Below, one piece after another: positions 38,771-52,639 of a stretch of 64,000 nucleotides of DNA. A program made the translations under genes and the position numbers. Origin of the DNA: Chiloscyllium plagiosum (Eukaryota). The notes under the pieces are model-generated. The model searched no databases. It had not been told where the DNA came from and was given only the letters and a program-made list of their open reading frames with translations. How positions within the stretch are numbered: the first letter of the stretch is position 1; every line of letters starts with the position of its first letter. The stretch spans positions 89,693,497 to 89,757,496 of the forward strand of contig NC_057718.1 in assembly GCF_004010195.1 (NCBI RefSeq), read 5' to 3'.

Positions 38771-38793
38771 ACAGACATCTTCACAACATAGCA

Positions 38794-39135
38794 GGGTGGC
38801 ACGGGTGGCTCAGTGGTTAGCACTGCTGCCTCACAGCACCAGGGTCTCAGGTTCGATTCTAGCCTCAGGTGACTGTCTGTGTGGAGTTTGCACATTCTCC
38901 CCAAGTCTGTGTGGGTTTGCTCCGGTTTCCTCCCACAATCCAAAGATGTGCAGGTCAGGTGAATTGGCCATGCTAAATTGCCCATCGATTTCAGGGCAGT
39001 GTGGGTTAGGTGCATTAGTAAGGGAAAAATGTAGAGTAATAGGGGTAGGGGAATGGGTCTGGGTGGGACACTCTTCAGAGGCTTGGTGTGGACTTGTTGG
39101 ACTGAATGGCCTGTTTCCACATAGTAGGAATTCCA
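38794..39135 (+). mobile_element. HE1-like V-SINE
   Basis: A/B boxes, V-domain, tail. Confidence 0.9.
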
Positions 39136-40114
39136 TGATAGCAACAGGAATGAAAAGATTCCTCTGTCCCCTCCTACCAACCCAAACACAATTGAGACAC
39201 GGCAGTTCACTCATTCCTTTGCCACTCTACCCCCAGCCCCAAACTGGTAATGGCACCAACTCTTGGGGAGGTTGAAGCAGGGTATGGGGGTTGAAAAGAA
39301 ATGCAAAGCCATTGAAAACCAGGCTCCGACTTGGAATGTGCACAGCACAGCTCACAGCACAGGCAGTAACAGATGGAGAGAGTGTTGTAAATCCATCGTC
39401 ACTATGGTTACACAGAGATGGCTCTATTTTACACCGGTCAAAATGCAGGGTGAAACTGCGGGGGAGGCAGCAGTGAAGTTAAAATGAAAGAGAAACGAGG
39501 GCAGAGTCCATTATCATTTAAGGGAAAAAATATAAAGCAGCAAGGGTAAAACAGAAATCTTAAAAATATATTCATCACTGGGGCCTAAGCCCAGTCCGAA
39601 TCCACTCTGGGAGTAGTCAGAATCGCGGCATGTCGCAATTCAACAGCCATCTGTGTATTAAACTGATACCTTTCAGTGCAAGTGGTTCACGTTTGTATCC
39701 ATGGCTGGGCTACAACATTCCCGCGTGCATTTTATAGACTGAAGTTCCTCGCGGTTGGTTGCACGGTATCGCTGGGCTACATGGTTTCGTGAAAGGTGCC
39801 CATATATGGAATCGCACAGCTCAGGGCGACAAGGCCTGCCCTGGAGGATGGGCCACCCTCTGTTCAGGAGGAGTGTCAGTCAAGGGTATCCACTCCATTC
39901 CCAGCATTCCCAGAGATTCCCTGCAATCGTCAGGGAAACAGGAACGCTCTCGGGTTTTGCAACTCAACCTCCATCAACCGAAAGTCTCCGGAACATCCTC
40001 AGGATCACGGAGTTATTGCGGAGCAGAAGGGAGTCATCGGTCCACTGTGCCTGCCCCAGCTCTCTACTGCCCTTTTTCCCGTGACCCTACACACCCACCA
40101 ACTATCCAAAATTC

Positions 40115-40322
40115 CATCTAAATGGAACCGGAAATGATATCACCAACCGTAACAGGCCGAGCACATAAATAGAAAGCGGGGCAGAACACCTGCGCTTGAC
40201 CAGAGGCTCACTGATGATGTTACCCAGCATGGTGACGAAACGCCTGAAAACAAACCGTCTAGCTCAGCTACGAACTTACAACCTGACCCTCAACCTGAGC
40301 TACAAATCTTCTCAAAAATTGC
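40115..40322 (+). mobile_element. PLE family C 3' terminal repeat with hammerhead motif
   Basis: CTGATGA(40211)-T-GTTACC-cagcat-GGTGAC-GAAA-CGCC. Confidence 0.7.
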
Positions 40323-40719
40323 AAATTCCATCTCATTCCTCTTGAATGTTTAACAGAACCTGCCTCCACCACATTTCCAGGCAGCGCATTTCAGACCCTA
40401 ACTGCTCGCTGTGTGAAAATGATTTTTTTTCTCTCCCATCATCCTTGCTTCATTCGCACATCATTTTAAATCTAAGCCAGAAAAGATCAACCCACAAGGT
40501 GTTGGGAGGCACCCACTCAGCTAGATCCCAGCCCTGAATGTCGCAAAGAGGAGGTTCTAGCAGATAAATGAGATAGGGAGGGTCATGCTGATGGACTCTG
40601 AACTGAGCGCTCCCCAAATCCCTTATGGTACACAAATGGAAGAGAGAGTCTTTGACACAATGGTAGTGTTCCTGCCTCAGAGTCAAAAGATTTGAGTTCC
40701 ACTCCAGGCAGTTCTTCTT

Positions 40720-41760
40720 TTTTGTTCACGAGTGGGATGCGGGCATCGCTGGCTGGTCAGCATCCATTGCCCGTCCCTAATTGCTCTTGAGAAGGTGGTG
40801 GTGAGCTGCCTTCCTGAACCGCTGCAGTCCACATGCTTTAAGTTGACCTACAATGCCCTTGGGGAGGGATTTCCAGGATTTTGACCCAGTGACACTGAAG
40901 GAACAGCGATATATTTCCAAGTCAGGATGGCTTGGAGAGGATCTTGCAGGTGGTGGTGTTTCCATGAATCTGCTGCCTTTGTCCTTCCAGGTGGTCATGG
41001 GTTTGGAAGGTGTTGTCTGAGGATCTTTGGTGAATTTCTGCAGTACACCCTGCTGCTTCTGAGCGTCGGTGGTGGAGGCAATGAGTGTTTGTGGATGTGG
41101 TGCCAATTAAGCGGGCTGCTTTGTCCTGGATAGTGTCAACCCTCTTGAGTGTTGTTGGAGCTGCACCCATCCAAGCAAGTGGGGAGTATTCCATCACACT
41201 CCTGACTTGTGCCTTACAGATGGTGGACCGGCTTTGGAGAGTCAGGAGGTGAGTTACTCACCACAGTAATTCCCCGCCTCTGACCTACTCTTGTAGCCAC
41301 TGTGTTTATGTGGTGAGTCCAGTTGAGTTTCTGGACCATGATAACCCCCAAGATGTTGGTAGTGGGGGATTCAGTGTTGGCAACACTACTGAATTTCGAG
41401 GGGCGGTGGTTAGATTGTCTCTTCTCAGAGATGGTCATTACTTGGCATTTGTGTGGCGTGAACATTACGTCTCACTTGTCAGCCCAAGCCTGGATATTGT
41501 CGAGATCTTGTTGCATTTGAACATGGACTGCTTCAGTGTCTGAGGAATTGCGAATGATGCTGAACATTGTGCAAGCAACGGTGAACATCCCCACTTCTAA
41601 CCTTATGATGGAGAGAAGGTCATTGATGAAGCAGCTGAAGATGTTTGGGCCTAGGGACATTTCTTTGTGGAACTCTTGCTAGAGATATCCTGAAGCTATG
41701 GTGATTGACCTCCAACAACCACAACCATCTTCCAAAGTGCCAGGTATGACTCTAACTTCT
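40720..41760 (-). mobile_element. Second CR1/L2-group LINE, RT-to-3' end
   Basis: LGPNIFSCFINDL..QQDLDNIQAWADK..MEYSPLAWMGAAPTTLKRVDTIQDKAARLIG. Confidence 0.9.
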
Positions 41761-42120
41761 GGGCAAGTCAACAGCAGAATAAGCTCTATACGACACCGGG
41801 GAATACATGTAGATAGAGTGACCCAGGAACAGGCTGAATCAGAATATCATCAACCTGGGACATAGGGCTGAATAATGCTGGCTCAGTGTTGGCAGCGATG
41901 GGAGATGGATAATCGGGGTGAAGGGGGAGTGGATTGAGGGAACCAATTTCAAACAACGCTCTGAGCATCCCTGGCACTGGGGACCCTCCCCAGGCCGGGC
42001 AAGGAATAGGATCCATTTCAGGGAAATGAGTGGACAATTGAGATCACTTAGGCCCCAATTGGGGCACATTGTAGAGCCTAGCGAGCATGATGCCCACGAC
42101 AGAGCAACACTTTCCAACTA

Positions 42121-42463
42121 GAATTTCCACCAGTTTCCTCATTTCTCCTTCCCCACCTCACCCCAGCTCCAGCCTTCCAGCTCAGCACCGCCCTCATGAC
42201 TTGTCCTACCTGCCTATCTTCCTTTCCACCTATCCACTCCACCCTCCTCCCTGACCTATCACCTTCATCCACATCCCCAATCACCTATTGTACTCTATGC
42301 TACTTTCTCCCCACCCCCACCACCCCCTCTCATTTATCTCTCCACTGCAGGCTCCCTGCCTCTATTCCCGATGAAGGGCATTTGCCCGAAACGTCGATTT
42401 CCCTGCTCCTCAGATGCTGCCTGAACTGCTGTGCTTTTCCAGCACCACTCTAATCTAAACTCT
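42121..42463 (+). mobile_element. PLE family A 3' portion
   Basis: Pyrimidine tract; CCGATGA-A-GGGC-attt-GCCC-GAAA-CGTC at 42368; flanking direct repeat tccaacta. Confidence 0.85.
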
Positions 42464-42867
42464 CTCCAACTACCAACCCTCACACCCTGTGATGTTTAGC
42501 CCCACTTCCTTAATGCACCACGAAGACAGGCTGGAACTGTGGCGCAATGCCCCCTTCTCAGGGCACAGACACAAAAGGCCACATTTGCAGCTTGGATATA
42601 TTTAACTGAATTGAACTGAATTGAATCAAACTGAATTAGCTTTGTTGTCACATGTACTCATGTGAAACGTTTACAAGTCACCACTTACGGTGCCACCTTC
42701 GGTACAAAGGTATCTAGGTACAGAGTCTTCAGTACTGCTCTTAGGAAAATAGCAAAAATAAAGAAATAAAAACCTCAACATTACAAATCGTAGGAATAAA
42801 TTAGAAAATAGAGAAATTAGAAATTTAGAACAACAATCCTTCAAACCCAGTTCATGCAGACATCAAG

Positions 42868-44640
42868 CCTCCAGACCACACCGGGCCTTGGCTCCAAACC
42901 ACACCAGACCGTGACTCCAGTCCACACCGGGCCGTGACTCCAAACCACACCCGACCGTGACTCAAGACCACACCCGACCGTGACTCCAGATCACACCGGA
43001 CTGTGACTCCAGACCACACCAGGCCTTGACTCCAGACCACACCGGGTCTTGACTCCAAACCACACCGGACCGTGACTCCAGACCACACCGGGCCCTGACT
43101 CTAGACCACACCCGACCGTGACTCCAGACCACACCGGGCCGTGACTCCAGACCACACCGGACCGTAATTCCAGACCACACCGGACCGTGACTCCAGACCA
43201 CACCGGGCCCTGACTCCAGACCACAACGGGCAGTGACTCCAGACCACACCGGACCGTGACTCCAGACCACACCGGGCCCTGACTCCAGACCACACCGGGC
43301 CCTGACTCCAGACCACACCAGGCCGTGACTCCAGACCACACCGGGCCCTGACTCCAGACCACACCAGGCCGTGACTCCAGACCACACCGGGCCTTGACTC
43401 CAGACAACACCGGGCCTTGACTCCAAACCACACCGGGCCTTGACTCCAGACCACACCGGGTCTTGACTCCAAACCACACCGGGCCGTGACTCCAGACCAC
43501 ACCGGGCCGTGACTCCAGACCACACCAGGCCTTGACTGCATACCACACCGGGTCTTGACTCCAGACCACACCGGGCCCTGACTCCAGACCACACCGGGCC
43601 CTGACTCCAGACCACACCGGGCTGTGACTCCAGACCACACCGGGCCCTGACTCCAGACCACACCGGGCCGTGACTCCAGACCACACCGGGCCTTGACTCC
43701 AAACCACACCGGGCCTTGACTCCAGACCACACCGGGCCTTGACTCCAGACCACACCCGACCGTGACTCCAAACCACACCGGGCCGTGACTCCAGAACACA
43801 CCGGGCCGTGACTCCAGACCACACCAGGCCTTGACTGCAAACCACACCGGACCGTGACTCCAGACCACACCAGGCCTTGACTCCAGACCACACCGGGTCT
43901 TGACTCCAAACCACACCGGGCCGTGACTCCAGACCACACCAGGCCTTGACTGCAAACCACACCAGGCTGTGACTCCAGACCACACTGGGCCCTGACTCCA
44001 GACCACACTGGGCCTTGACTCCAAACCACACTGTGCCTTGACTCCAAACCACACCGGGCCTTGACTCCAAACCTTACCGGACAGTGACTCCAGTCCATAC
44101 CAGGCCTTGACTCCAGACGACATCAGGTCGTGACTCCATTCCACACCGAGCCCTGACTCCAATTCACACCAGGCTGTGACTCCAGACCACACCGGGCCCT
44201 GACTCCAGTCCACCCCAGGCCTTGACTGCAAACCTCACCAGGCTTTGACTCCAGACCACACTGGGCCTTGACTCCATTCCATTCCAAAGTCTAGATTAGA
44301 GTGGTGCTGAAAAAGCACAGCAGGCCATGCAGCATCCGAGGAGCAGGAAAATCCTGATGAAGGACTTTTGCCCAAAACGTCGGTTTTCCTGCTCCTCAGA
44401 TGCTGCCTGACCTGCCATTCTTTTCCAGCTCCACTCTAATCTAGACTCTGGTTTCCAGAATCTGCAATCCTCACTTTTGCCTCCATTCCACCCCAGGCCC
44501 TGACTCCAGTCCACCCCAGGCCTTGACTCCATTCCACCCCAGGCCCTGACTCCAGTCCACCCCAGGCCTTGACTCCAGTCCACCCCAGGCCTTGACTCCA
44601 GTCCACACTGGGTCTTGACTCAAGTCCACATCAGGCCTCA
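42868..44640. repeat. 23-bp GC-rich minisatellite (tgactccagaccacaccgggccn), more than 60 units
   Basis: Strict 23-bp period; interrupted by a PLE at about 44286-44480. Confidence 0.97.
44286..44480. mobile_element. PLE family A fold-back inserted in the minisatellite
   Basis: Inverted arms around CTGATGA at 44354. Confidence 0.85.
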
Positions 44641-45779
44641 CCTTGAGTCTCTCGCGACTGCTCTGGAATCACCTTGAGGCTTGAGGTCCACTCTCAGGCC
44701 ACGCTGGGGGAACCAGACGGGACTTTCCCTTGGCCCTGAGTGACAGACCCCGTCTTCAGCCCTCACCCTTGGTGATTTGGGCCCACACCTGGGAGTGTGT
44801 CTCCACGTCAGGTGTCCACCCCACTTCACAATCCAGGAGGATAAACCAATGAAACAAAGTTGTGGATGCATTCTGGTCAAACTAGAGCTCCATTGGGACC
44901 AGCTCTTTCATTTCCTGTATTTTTTCTGACTGGTTGTCCCCTTCCCTCTGCCAACCTTTCTTGTTGGGTGTAGAGGTTAAAGCAGTGCCAGCCTTCTGGG
45001 AAACCGCTGACACTGAGAGCCCACAGTGTAGTCATTAACATGATAGTGGGTGTGAGGTGGTCAATGAGGAGGCTGACTCCTGGATTGTCATGCCGCCGGT
45101 CACACTGCTGCCAAGAGCAGAACTCCCAAACATTGAGACCTGATATTACTAGGACTGGATCGTGAGGGTGGAAGGGACAGAGGGTCAAACAGGAATGACG
45201 GAGGTGCGTGTTGGGAGAACCTGGTAGGACTCCCCCACCTCGGGAATCATGGTAACCGACAGGCTTGGCTCATTGTCTCAGGTAGGGGTTCGATCTTAAG
45301 AAGGGGTCTCTCCAGCATCTGCAGTCCTCACTTCCTCCTCTGGTTTCAGAGTGCAGGGATGGAGTCTGATCCCAGCTCCAGAGAGGTCCCTGACTGTGGG
45401 GAGGTGGGAGAGCTGGGGTTTGGACTCCGGGAGGAGGGTGGTTCTCCAGCTCCCCTCTTGGCCCACAAGCAATGCTGCAAATATACACTGAGGCTTGGCT
45501 TGCTTCCTTTCAGTTCTCAGGTTCCCCAGGGGCTGCTGTTAGGCCTGAGGCTGCCAAACCTCCTGAGTTAAAAATCTGTACTTTACCCTTGACTGTCATG
45601 TTTATTTTAAAGCTGGAGGTGAACGCCTTGGGAGGAATCTGGGATCAGGGCTTGAGAATGATAAAGATTTACCAAGTGACCTGACCACGAGTTAGCCACA
45701 TTCAGATTTTGAACTGCAGTCTGTTGAACATCCTTTATCTCCATGAACATTGCCCGAATTGCTGAGTGTTTTTCCCAGC

Positions 45780-46125
45780 AGCACGGTGGCTTGGTGGTTA
45801 GCATTGCTGCCTCATAGCGCCAGGGACCCAGGTTCAATTCCAGCCTCGGGTGACTGTCTGTGTGGACATTCTCCCTGTGTCTGTGTGGGTTTCCTCCCCA
45901 AGTCTAAAGATGTACAGGTTAGGTGGATTACCCATGGTGTCCTGGGATGTACAGGCTAGGTGAGTTGGCAATGCTAAATTGTCCATAGAGTTCAGGGGTG
46001 TGCAGGCTAGGTGGGATTAGCTGTGGGAAATGTAAGGCTACAGGGAGAGGGTAGATCTGGGTGGGATGCTCTTCAGGGGGTCGGTGCTGGCTAAATGGGC
46101 CAAGTGGTCTGCAATGTATGGATTG
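45780..46125 (+). mobile_element. HE1-like V-SINE (a further internally deleted copy at 46797-46967, -)
   Basis: A/B boxes, duplicated internal block. Confidence 0.85.
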
Positions 46126-47854
46126 TAGCATCTCCTGCTTTTCATTTTGGGTTCAGGTTCAGACTCCATTCCTGAACACGGGCTTGATGCCTTGGGACGG
46201 GGGATCAGAATCTACCAGCACCCAAGGGGGAAACATTAAGCCGCACTTGTTCACCAAATAGATCACGGAAACCAATCCGACCTCACCTTCCCTTAAGGAG
46301 CTAAAGCAAGGTAGAGTACCGGACAGTGGAAAGATGAACTGAGAAGGCCTTTTCTCTTATATAATGTCAGAACAAGACTTGACACCCAGGCAGCAGCACC
46401 TAAACCTCACTCCACAGACTAGACAATAAAAGGCAGCGTTGTACAAATCTCTGATATTAACTAAATTCCTCTTTGGATTTTATCTGAGACAGTTGTATAC
46501 AGCCTTGCGGTCAGTAATCATTTTCTCCCCATCCCACAGTGCCAGGTTTCCGGAATTGCTGTGTGAAGTGACTCAGAGCGTGCTACAATTATCTCTCCCG
46601 GGAAGTAGTGAACACTCCCACCTACTCATCATGGAAATTTGAGATTGTGCTAAATAACGTCAGGGTACATTCACTGCTGGCTGTGAAGGGAGTGCATTAT
46701 ATCCAGTCAGAGCTCATCATAAAAGGATGGGCTAGATCCCCCCCCCCCCCAATCAGCATTGGGCCAATATGGATTGCACATCAGGGTGGGAGCTACAGAG
46801 AATCCCTACAGTGTGGAAGCAGGCCATTCAAACCATCAAGTCCACACCCACACACCCCATAACACTGCATTTCCCACGGCTAACCCACCTAGCATCTCCT
46901 GAGGCTGGAATCAAACCTGAGTCTCCCCATTATGTGAGGCAGCAGTGCTAACCACTGAGCCACCGTGCAAAGCCAAGAGGCAGAGACCAGCCAACTTCGA
47001 GCTAGTTCCACTCTAGAAGGATCCTCAGCCCAGATCTCCTTGCTGACTGAACTTGACTTATTTCTATGCTGCTTATCCTGTTGTAGAGGCTTTACACAGA
47101 ATTTCACAGATGACACTGCAGAGAGTAGCCCCTGAGCATCCTCCTGACATATTCTTAATCAATGTGTTGTGTCTCTGGGGAAGGTAGGGATTTGACCCTC
47201 GGCCTCCTGGCCTCAGGTGGGGACACTACCACTGCACCACCACAGCTCTGTAAGTCTCACTCTGCCTTACCCCTTCTCACCACTGCAGGATAACATTCCC
47301 CTTCATTGATATATCCCTCAAATTCTTCAGTGTCTAGCTCCCTTAGCCACTCCCTGCAATAGCAGGACCCACTGTCTCACCTCGTGTTTAATAAAAATAA
47401 GAAGGTGGTTGGGTTTAGTTTAGCACTACAGATATTTCCTCCAGAAACAAGTGGAATTACAGCCATGCTCTCAAATGTCTATGACGAATGGAATCAGCCT
47501 CGTGCATTTCACTCAGACCTGACGTGAGTTCATTCTGCACTGTACCTGTGCTGTGGGTCCTATTGCGCCTGAACAAGGGCTTTACACAGAATGACAGAGA
47601 AATTCTCTACAATTTTAGACTCTGTAACAAACCCCCGACTTCCTTTCTCTCTTTACTGCTGATGAATTTGTGCCTCTGCTCCATCATGTTTTCACTCTGA
47701 CACACCGATGCACCTTCCTCGGATACCTGTTTTGAGACTTGAGGGGACTTTTGAGGGGAATCCCATTTGGCAGAAGGACAGCAAGCATCCTTTCGACGTC
47801 CATCCAACCAAGTCCTCTCAGGATCTTAAATGCTTCAATTAAGTCACCTGTGTC

Positions 47855-48362
47855 TGTGTCTCCTTGTTATGAGAAAGATGTTGTGAAACTTGAAACGGTT
47901 CAGAAAAGATTTACAAGGATGTTGCCAGGATTGGAGGGTTTGAGCAACAGGGAGAGTTTTAACAGGCTGGGGCTGTTTTCCCTGGAGTGTCGGAGGCTGA
48001 GGGGTGACCTTATAGAAGTTTATAAAATCATAAGGAATACGGATAGGGTAAATAGACAAGGGGTGGGGGAGTCCAGAACTAGTGGGCATGGGTCCAGGGT
48101 GAGAGGGGAAAGATATAAAAGAGAGCTAAGGGGCAACTTTTTCACTCAGAGGGTGGTGCGTGTATGAAATGAGCTGCCAGAGGAAGTGGTGGAGGCTGGT
48201 ACAATTACAGCATTTAAAAGGCATCTGGATGGGTGTATGAATAGGAAGGGTTTAGAGGGATATGGGCCAAGTCCTGGCAACTGGGACTAGATTGGGTTGG
48301 GATATCTAGTTAGCATAGTTGGACCAAAGGGTCTGTTGCTGTGTTGTACATCTCTATGACTC
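47855..48362 (+). mobile_element. CR1 3' end
   Basis: KDVVKLETVQKRFTRMLPG..NFFTQRVV plus UTR. Confidence 0.92.
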
Positions 48363-48374
48363 AATACTCCACAG

Positions 48375-50410
48375 GTCTAACTAACCTAGCCCCTCCCCAT
48401 AAAGCAATCTGCTCATTCCAAGAATTAGTCTAATAATCTCTGAACTGCTTCCACTGCATTAACATCCTGTACTACATACAGGACTCCACATTGCAGTCTC
48501 GTCAATGCCCTGTACAATGGAAGCACAATCTCCCTATTCTTGAATTCAGTTCCCTTGGCAACAGACCATAACATTCTGTTAGCTTTTATGATGACTTGCT
48601 GTACCTGCAGACTAATCTTCTGTGATTCATGTACTAGGACACACAAAACTCGCTGCATCTCGGAGCTCTGCAACCTTTCACCATTTCAATCATACGCTAC
48701 TTTTTTAATTCTTTTTGCCAACATGACACTTTGCCACAATGTGCTCAATTTGTTAGATCTTTGCCCACTCGCTGAACCTATCTATCTATATCTGTTTGTA
48801 GCTTCCTTCTGTCTTCTTCACAACTCAATTTCCTACCTTATTTTGTGTCATGAAAAGAAAATTATCCTTTCATGTGGTGGAGGCTGGTACAATTGCAACA
48901 TTTAAGAGGCATTTGGATGGGTATATGAATAGGAAGGGTTTGGAGGGATATGGGCTGGGTGCTGGCAGGTGGGGCTAGATTGGGTTGGGCTATCTGGTCG
49001 GTATGGACGGGTTGGACCGAAGGGTCTGTTTCCATGCTGTACATCTCTATGACTCTATGATTTCTATAAATTGTAAAGAAGAGCACTCTGACCCTCATGG
49101 CAAATCACTCAAACGTCCTGCCTGCCTGAAAAAGGACCCACTTATTCCTACTCTCTGTTTCCTGTTATTCTTCTATCCAGGACAATACGTTAACCCCTAC
49201 ACCATCCGCTTTTATTTTCCGCAATAACCTTTGGTATGGCACTTTGTCAAATACCTTCTGAAAATCTAAATACAGTACATCCATAGGTTCCCCTTTATCT
49301 ACAGCGCAACCTCTTCAAATAACTTTTTCATGCAGAGAGTGGTACATGTATGGAATGAGCTGTCAGAGGACGTGGTGGAGGCTGGTGCAATTGCAACATT
49401 TAAAAGGCATCTGGATGTGTAAATGAATAGGAAGGGTGGAGGCTGGTACAATTGCAACATTTAAAAGGCATCTGGATGGGCATATGAATATGAAGGGTTT
49501 GGAGGGATATGGGCCGGGTGCTGACAGGTGGGACTAGATTGTATTGGGATATCTGGTCGGAATGGCCTGGTTAGACCAAAGCGTGTGTTTCCATGCTGTA
49601 CATCTCTATGACTCTATGAGTCTAAGTCCAATAAATCCGTTCAACATGGTTTCCCTTTGATAAAATCCACATGTGCTCTGCCTGATCATCTTGAACGTAT
49701 CCAAGTGCCCTGTTATAACATCTTTAATATTAGCTCTCAACATTTTCCCTTTGACAGAGATACACTAATGGGCCTGTAGTTTCCTGCTTACTGCCTCCCT
49801 CCCTTTTTTGAATAGAGGAATGACATTAGCTAATTTCCATTCTAAAGGAACCTTCACTGGGTTCTGGAAAATTAAAACCAAAGCATCAACTATTTCACTC
49901 GCTGCTTCTTTTAAGAGATGAGAATGAAATCCACCAGGTCCATGGGACTTGTCAACTCGCATTTCCAACAAATTACTCCCTGTGGTTTTCTGGAATTCGT
50001 CACTTCCTTCCAATTCTTGATTTACAGCTATCTCTGGGATAGTACTTGTATTCCCACTAGTGAAGACTGATGCAAAGTACTTGTTCAATTTTTTTTTAAG
50101 ATTCCCTACAGTTTGGAAACAGGCCCTTCGGCCCAACCAGTCCACACTGTCCCTCCGAAGAGTAACCCACCCAGACCCATTTCCCTCTGACTAATGCACC
50201 TAACACTATGGGCAATTTAGCATGGCCAATTCACCTGACCTGCACACCTTTGGAGTGTGGGAGGAAACCGGAGCACCCAGAGGAAACCGACGCAGACAAT
50301 GTGCAAATCCCATAGACAGTCGCCCGAGGCTGTCTTGACTTCCATTACTAATTCTCCAGACACGTACATAAAATGTGCTTTGTTAGCTCTTTTATAAATA
50401 TCTGAAGAAA
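48375..50410 (-). mobile_element. Older CR1 ORF2 remnant with nested + strand CR1 tails (48873-49060, 49320-49620) and a SINE (50097-50332)
   Basis: LNKYFASVFT..VDKSHGPGGFH..VPLEWKLANVIPLFKKG. Confidence 0.85.
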
Positions 50411-50439
50411 CCTTTCCTGTCTGTTTTAATATTTTGGCT

Positions 50440-51853
50440 GAGAGCTATAGGGAGATGATTCCTGGGCCTGGATTATGAGAGGTTTGATAGAGTGGATGCA
50501 GTCAAAGTCTTTCCACTTGTTGGAAGACGCAAAACAAGAGGACGTTAATACAACAGCAGTACCAAGAAATCAAACAGGCAAATCCGAAGAAGTTCCCTTA
50601 CCCAGAGATTGGTGAGAATGTGAAAGTTGACAGACAGAGGGCAGAGATGCATTTAAGGGCAAACTAGATAAACATATGAGGGAGCAGGCTATAGGGAACG
50701 ACAATGATAGATTTATCTGATGGAATTTGAATGGAGCATAAATGCTAGCCTAACCTTGTTGGGCTGAATGGCCTTTTTCTATGTATGCTGTTACGATTGT
50801 ACACGGGTTTCACACAGAATGACAGAGGTTCTCTTGAGAATTTTACAGACTCTGCAGGTATCCATTTCGAACAGAGGTGACGAAATACCCTTTGCTCTCA
50901 GAGTCTTTGGATTCTCTTCTTCAAAAGGCAGTGGATGTGGAAACTGTAAACATTTTTAAGGCAAATGTAGGCTTTTGAGTACCGAGGGGATGAAAGATTA
51001 TCGGAGATGAGTAGGAATGTAGAGTTGGGGTTAAAAGCCACAATCTTATTGAATGCTAGACCAGGCTTGAAGGGCTGAGCGGCCTACTCTTTTTCTTTGT
51101 TTAGATGTTCACATTAACCCATTTGTATTTGCAGCAGCAGGTGCTGCCCGACTCAGTCAGTGTCTCCTCGCATCTCCTATTCCGAGGACAGGTTCACAGT
51201 TCCTTGAAAGTGGAGTCACAGGTAGACAGGGTAGTGAAAAATGTATTTGGTATGCTTACCTTTATTGGTCAAGGCATCAAGTGCAGGAGGTCGTGTTGCG
51301 GCTGTTAGGCCAGTTTAGGAATACTGCATTCAACTCTGAAGTCCCTGCTATAGGAAAGATGTTGTGAAACTTGAACGGGTTCAGAAAAGATTAACCAGGG
51401 TTGGAGGATTTGAGCTACAGGGAGAGGCTGAACAGGCTGGGGTTGTTTTCCCTGGAGCGTCGGAGGCTGAGGGGTGACCTTATAGAAGTTTATACAATCA
51501 TGAGGGACATTGGTAGGATAAATAGACAAGGTCTTTCCCTAGGGCGGGACTGTCCAAAACTAGAGGGAAAAAGTTTAAGGAGAGAGGGGAAAGATATAAA
51601 AGAGATCGAAGAGGCAACTGTTTCACACAGAGGGTGGTGTGTGTTTGGAATGAGCTGTCAGAGGAAGTGGTGGAGGCTGGTACAATTATAATATTTAAAA
51701 AGCACCTGGATGGGTACAAGAATAAGAAGGGTTTAGAGAGAAATGGGCCAAGTGCTGGCAAATGGGACTAGATTAAGTTAGGATGTCTGGATGGCATGGA
51801 CGAGTTGGACCGAAGGGTCTGTCTCCATGCTGTACATCTCTGTGACTCTGTGA
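50440..51853 (+). mobile_element. CR1 3' fragments (50440-50790, 50850-51100, 51188-51853)
   Basis: EDLSYRERLNRLGLFSLERRRLRGDLIEVY and CR1 tails. Confidence 0.8.
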
Positions 51854-52639
51854 CATAAGAGAAATTAACCTCTCACTTTCAAAAAGCTGGAGTGTTTGCT
51901 CTCCGAAGAGGAAGCCTGACACTTGGAGGCTGTTGTGCACCACAGAGGAGGGGACACGTTAGCAACAAGTGTCACACTTCCTGTTAGAAAGCATTTGGCC
52001 TCTTAAAACCACAAGCAGCAAGTGGCCTGACTTCCGCATCATTACCGAGAATTAAAAGATGCTCATCAGAGGAAACTGGCAGCGCAACGTTTTTACTAAA
52101 CACTTAGTCAATCGTGTCCATTTATAGCTGCCTTGCGGGTAGCCTCCTTGGTGACAGTAGACCCCCTCTGCACGCAGTGCGGTTGTACAGAACCGCAGCT
52201 GGTCCCCTCCCTGAGTTTCTGCAGATCAAACTCAGAAATGTGCAGGTTATTAGGAACCAGAATCTCCCAGTTCATGCTGGGACACTGGATTGCAGCAGAA
52301 CATTACCCAGCAGGAGTTTTCTGGGAGACAACCCTGCAATTTCTCTTTCACTTTGAATAAAATCACCTTCTGAAATACATGTACACGGTTGCATTGGATT
52401 ATACAGTGATTGCCGAGTCAGCACGCAGCACAGTTCCTCATTTACGACTGGTATTATCCCATGAGCACTTGGTAAGGCGTGTTGATCAGGTACAGCAGAA
52501 TGATGAGGGGTTCAGGTCCCTGTTTTCACTGTATATCTGTTTAAATTCAATGTTCGGGGTAGCACACCTAGTTCTGGGTGTGAGGCTAATGGGTTTGAGA
52601 CTCACTCCAGATGCTCAGCCCAGGCTAAAAGAAGCAAAT

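Noticed and set aside
38794..38870. tRNA gene
   Set aside because: The A/B boxes belong to a SINE head followed by the V-domain; no full cloverleaf
42962..44231. Three ~370 aa overlapping ORFs
   Set aside because: Stop-free strand of the 23-bp minisatellite, open in all three frames
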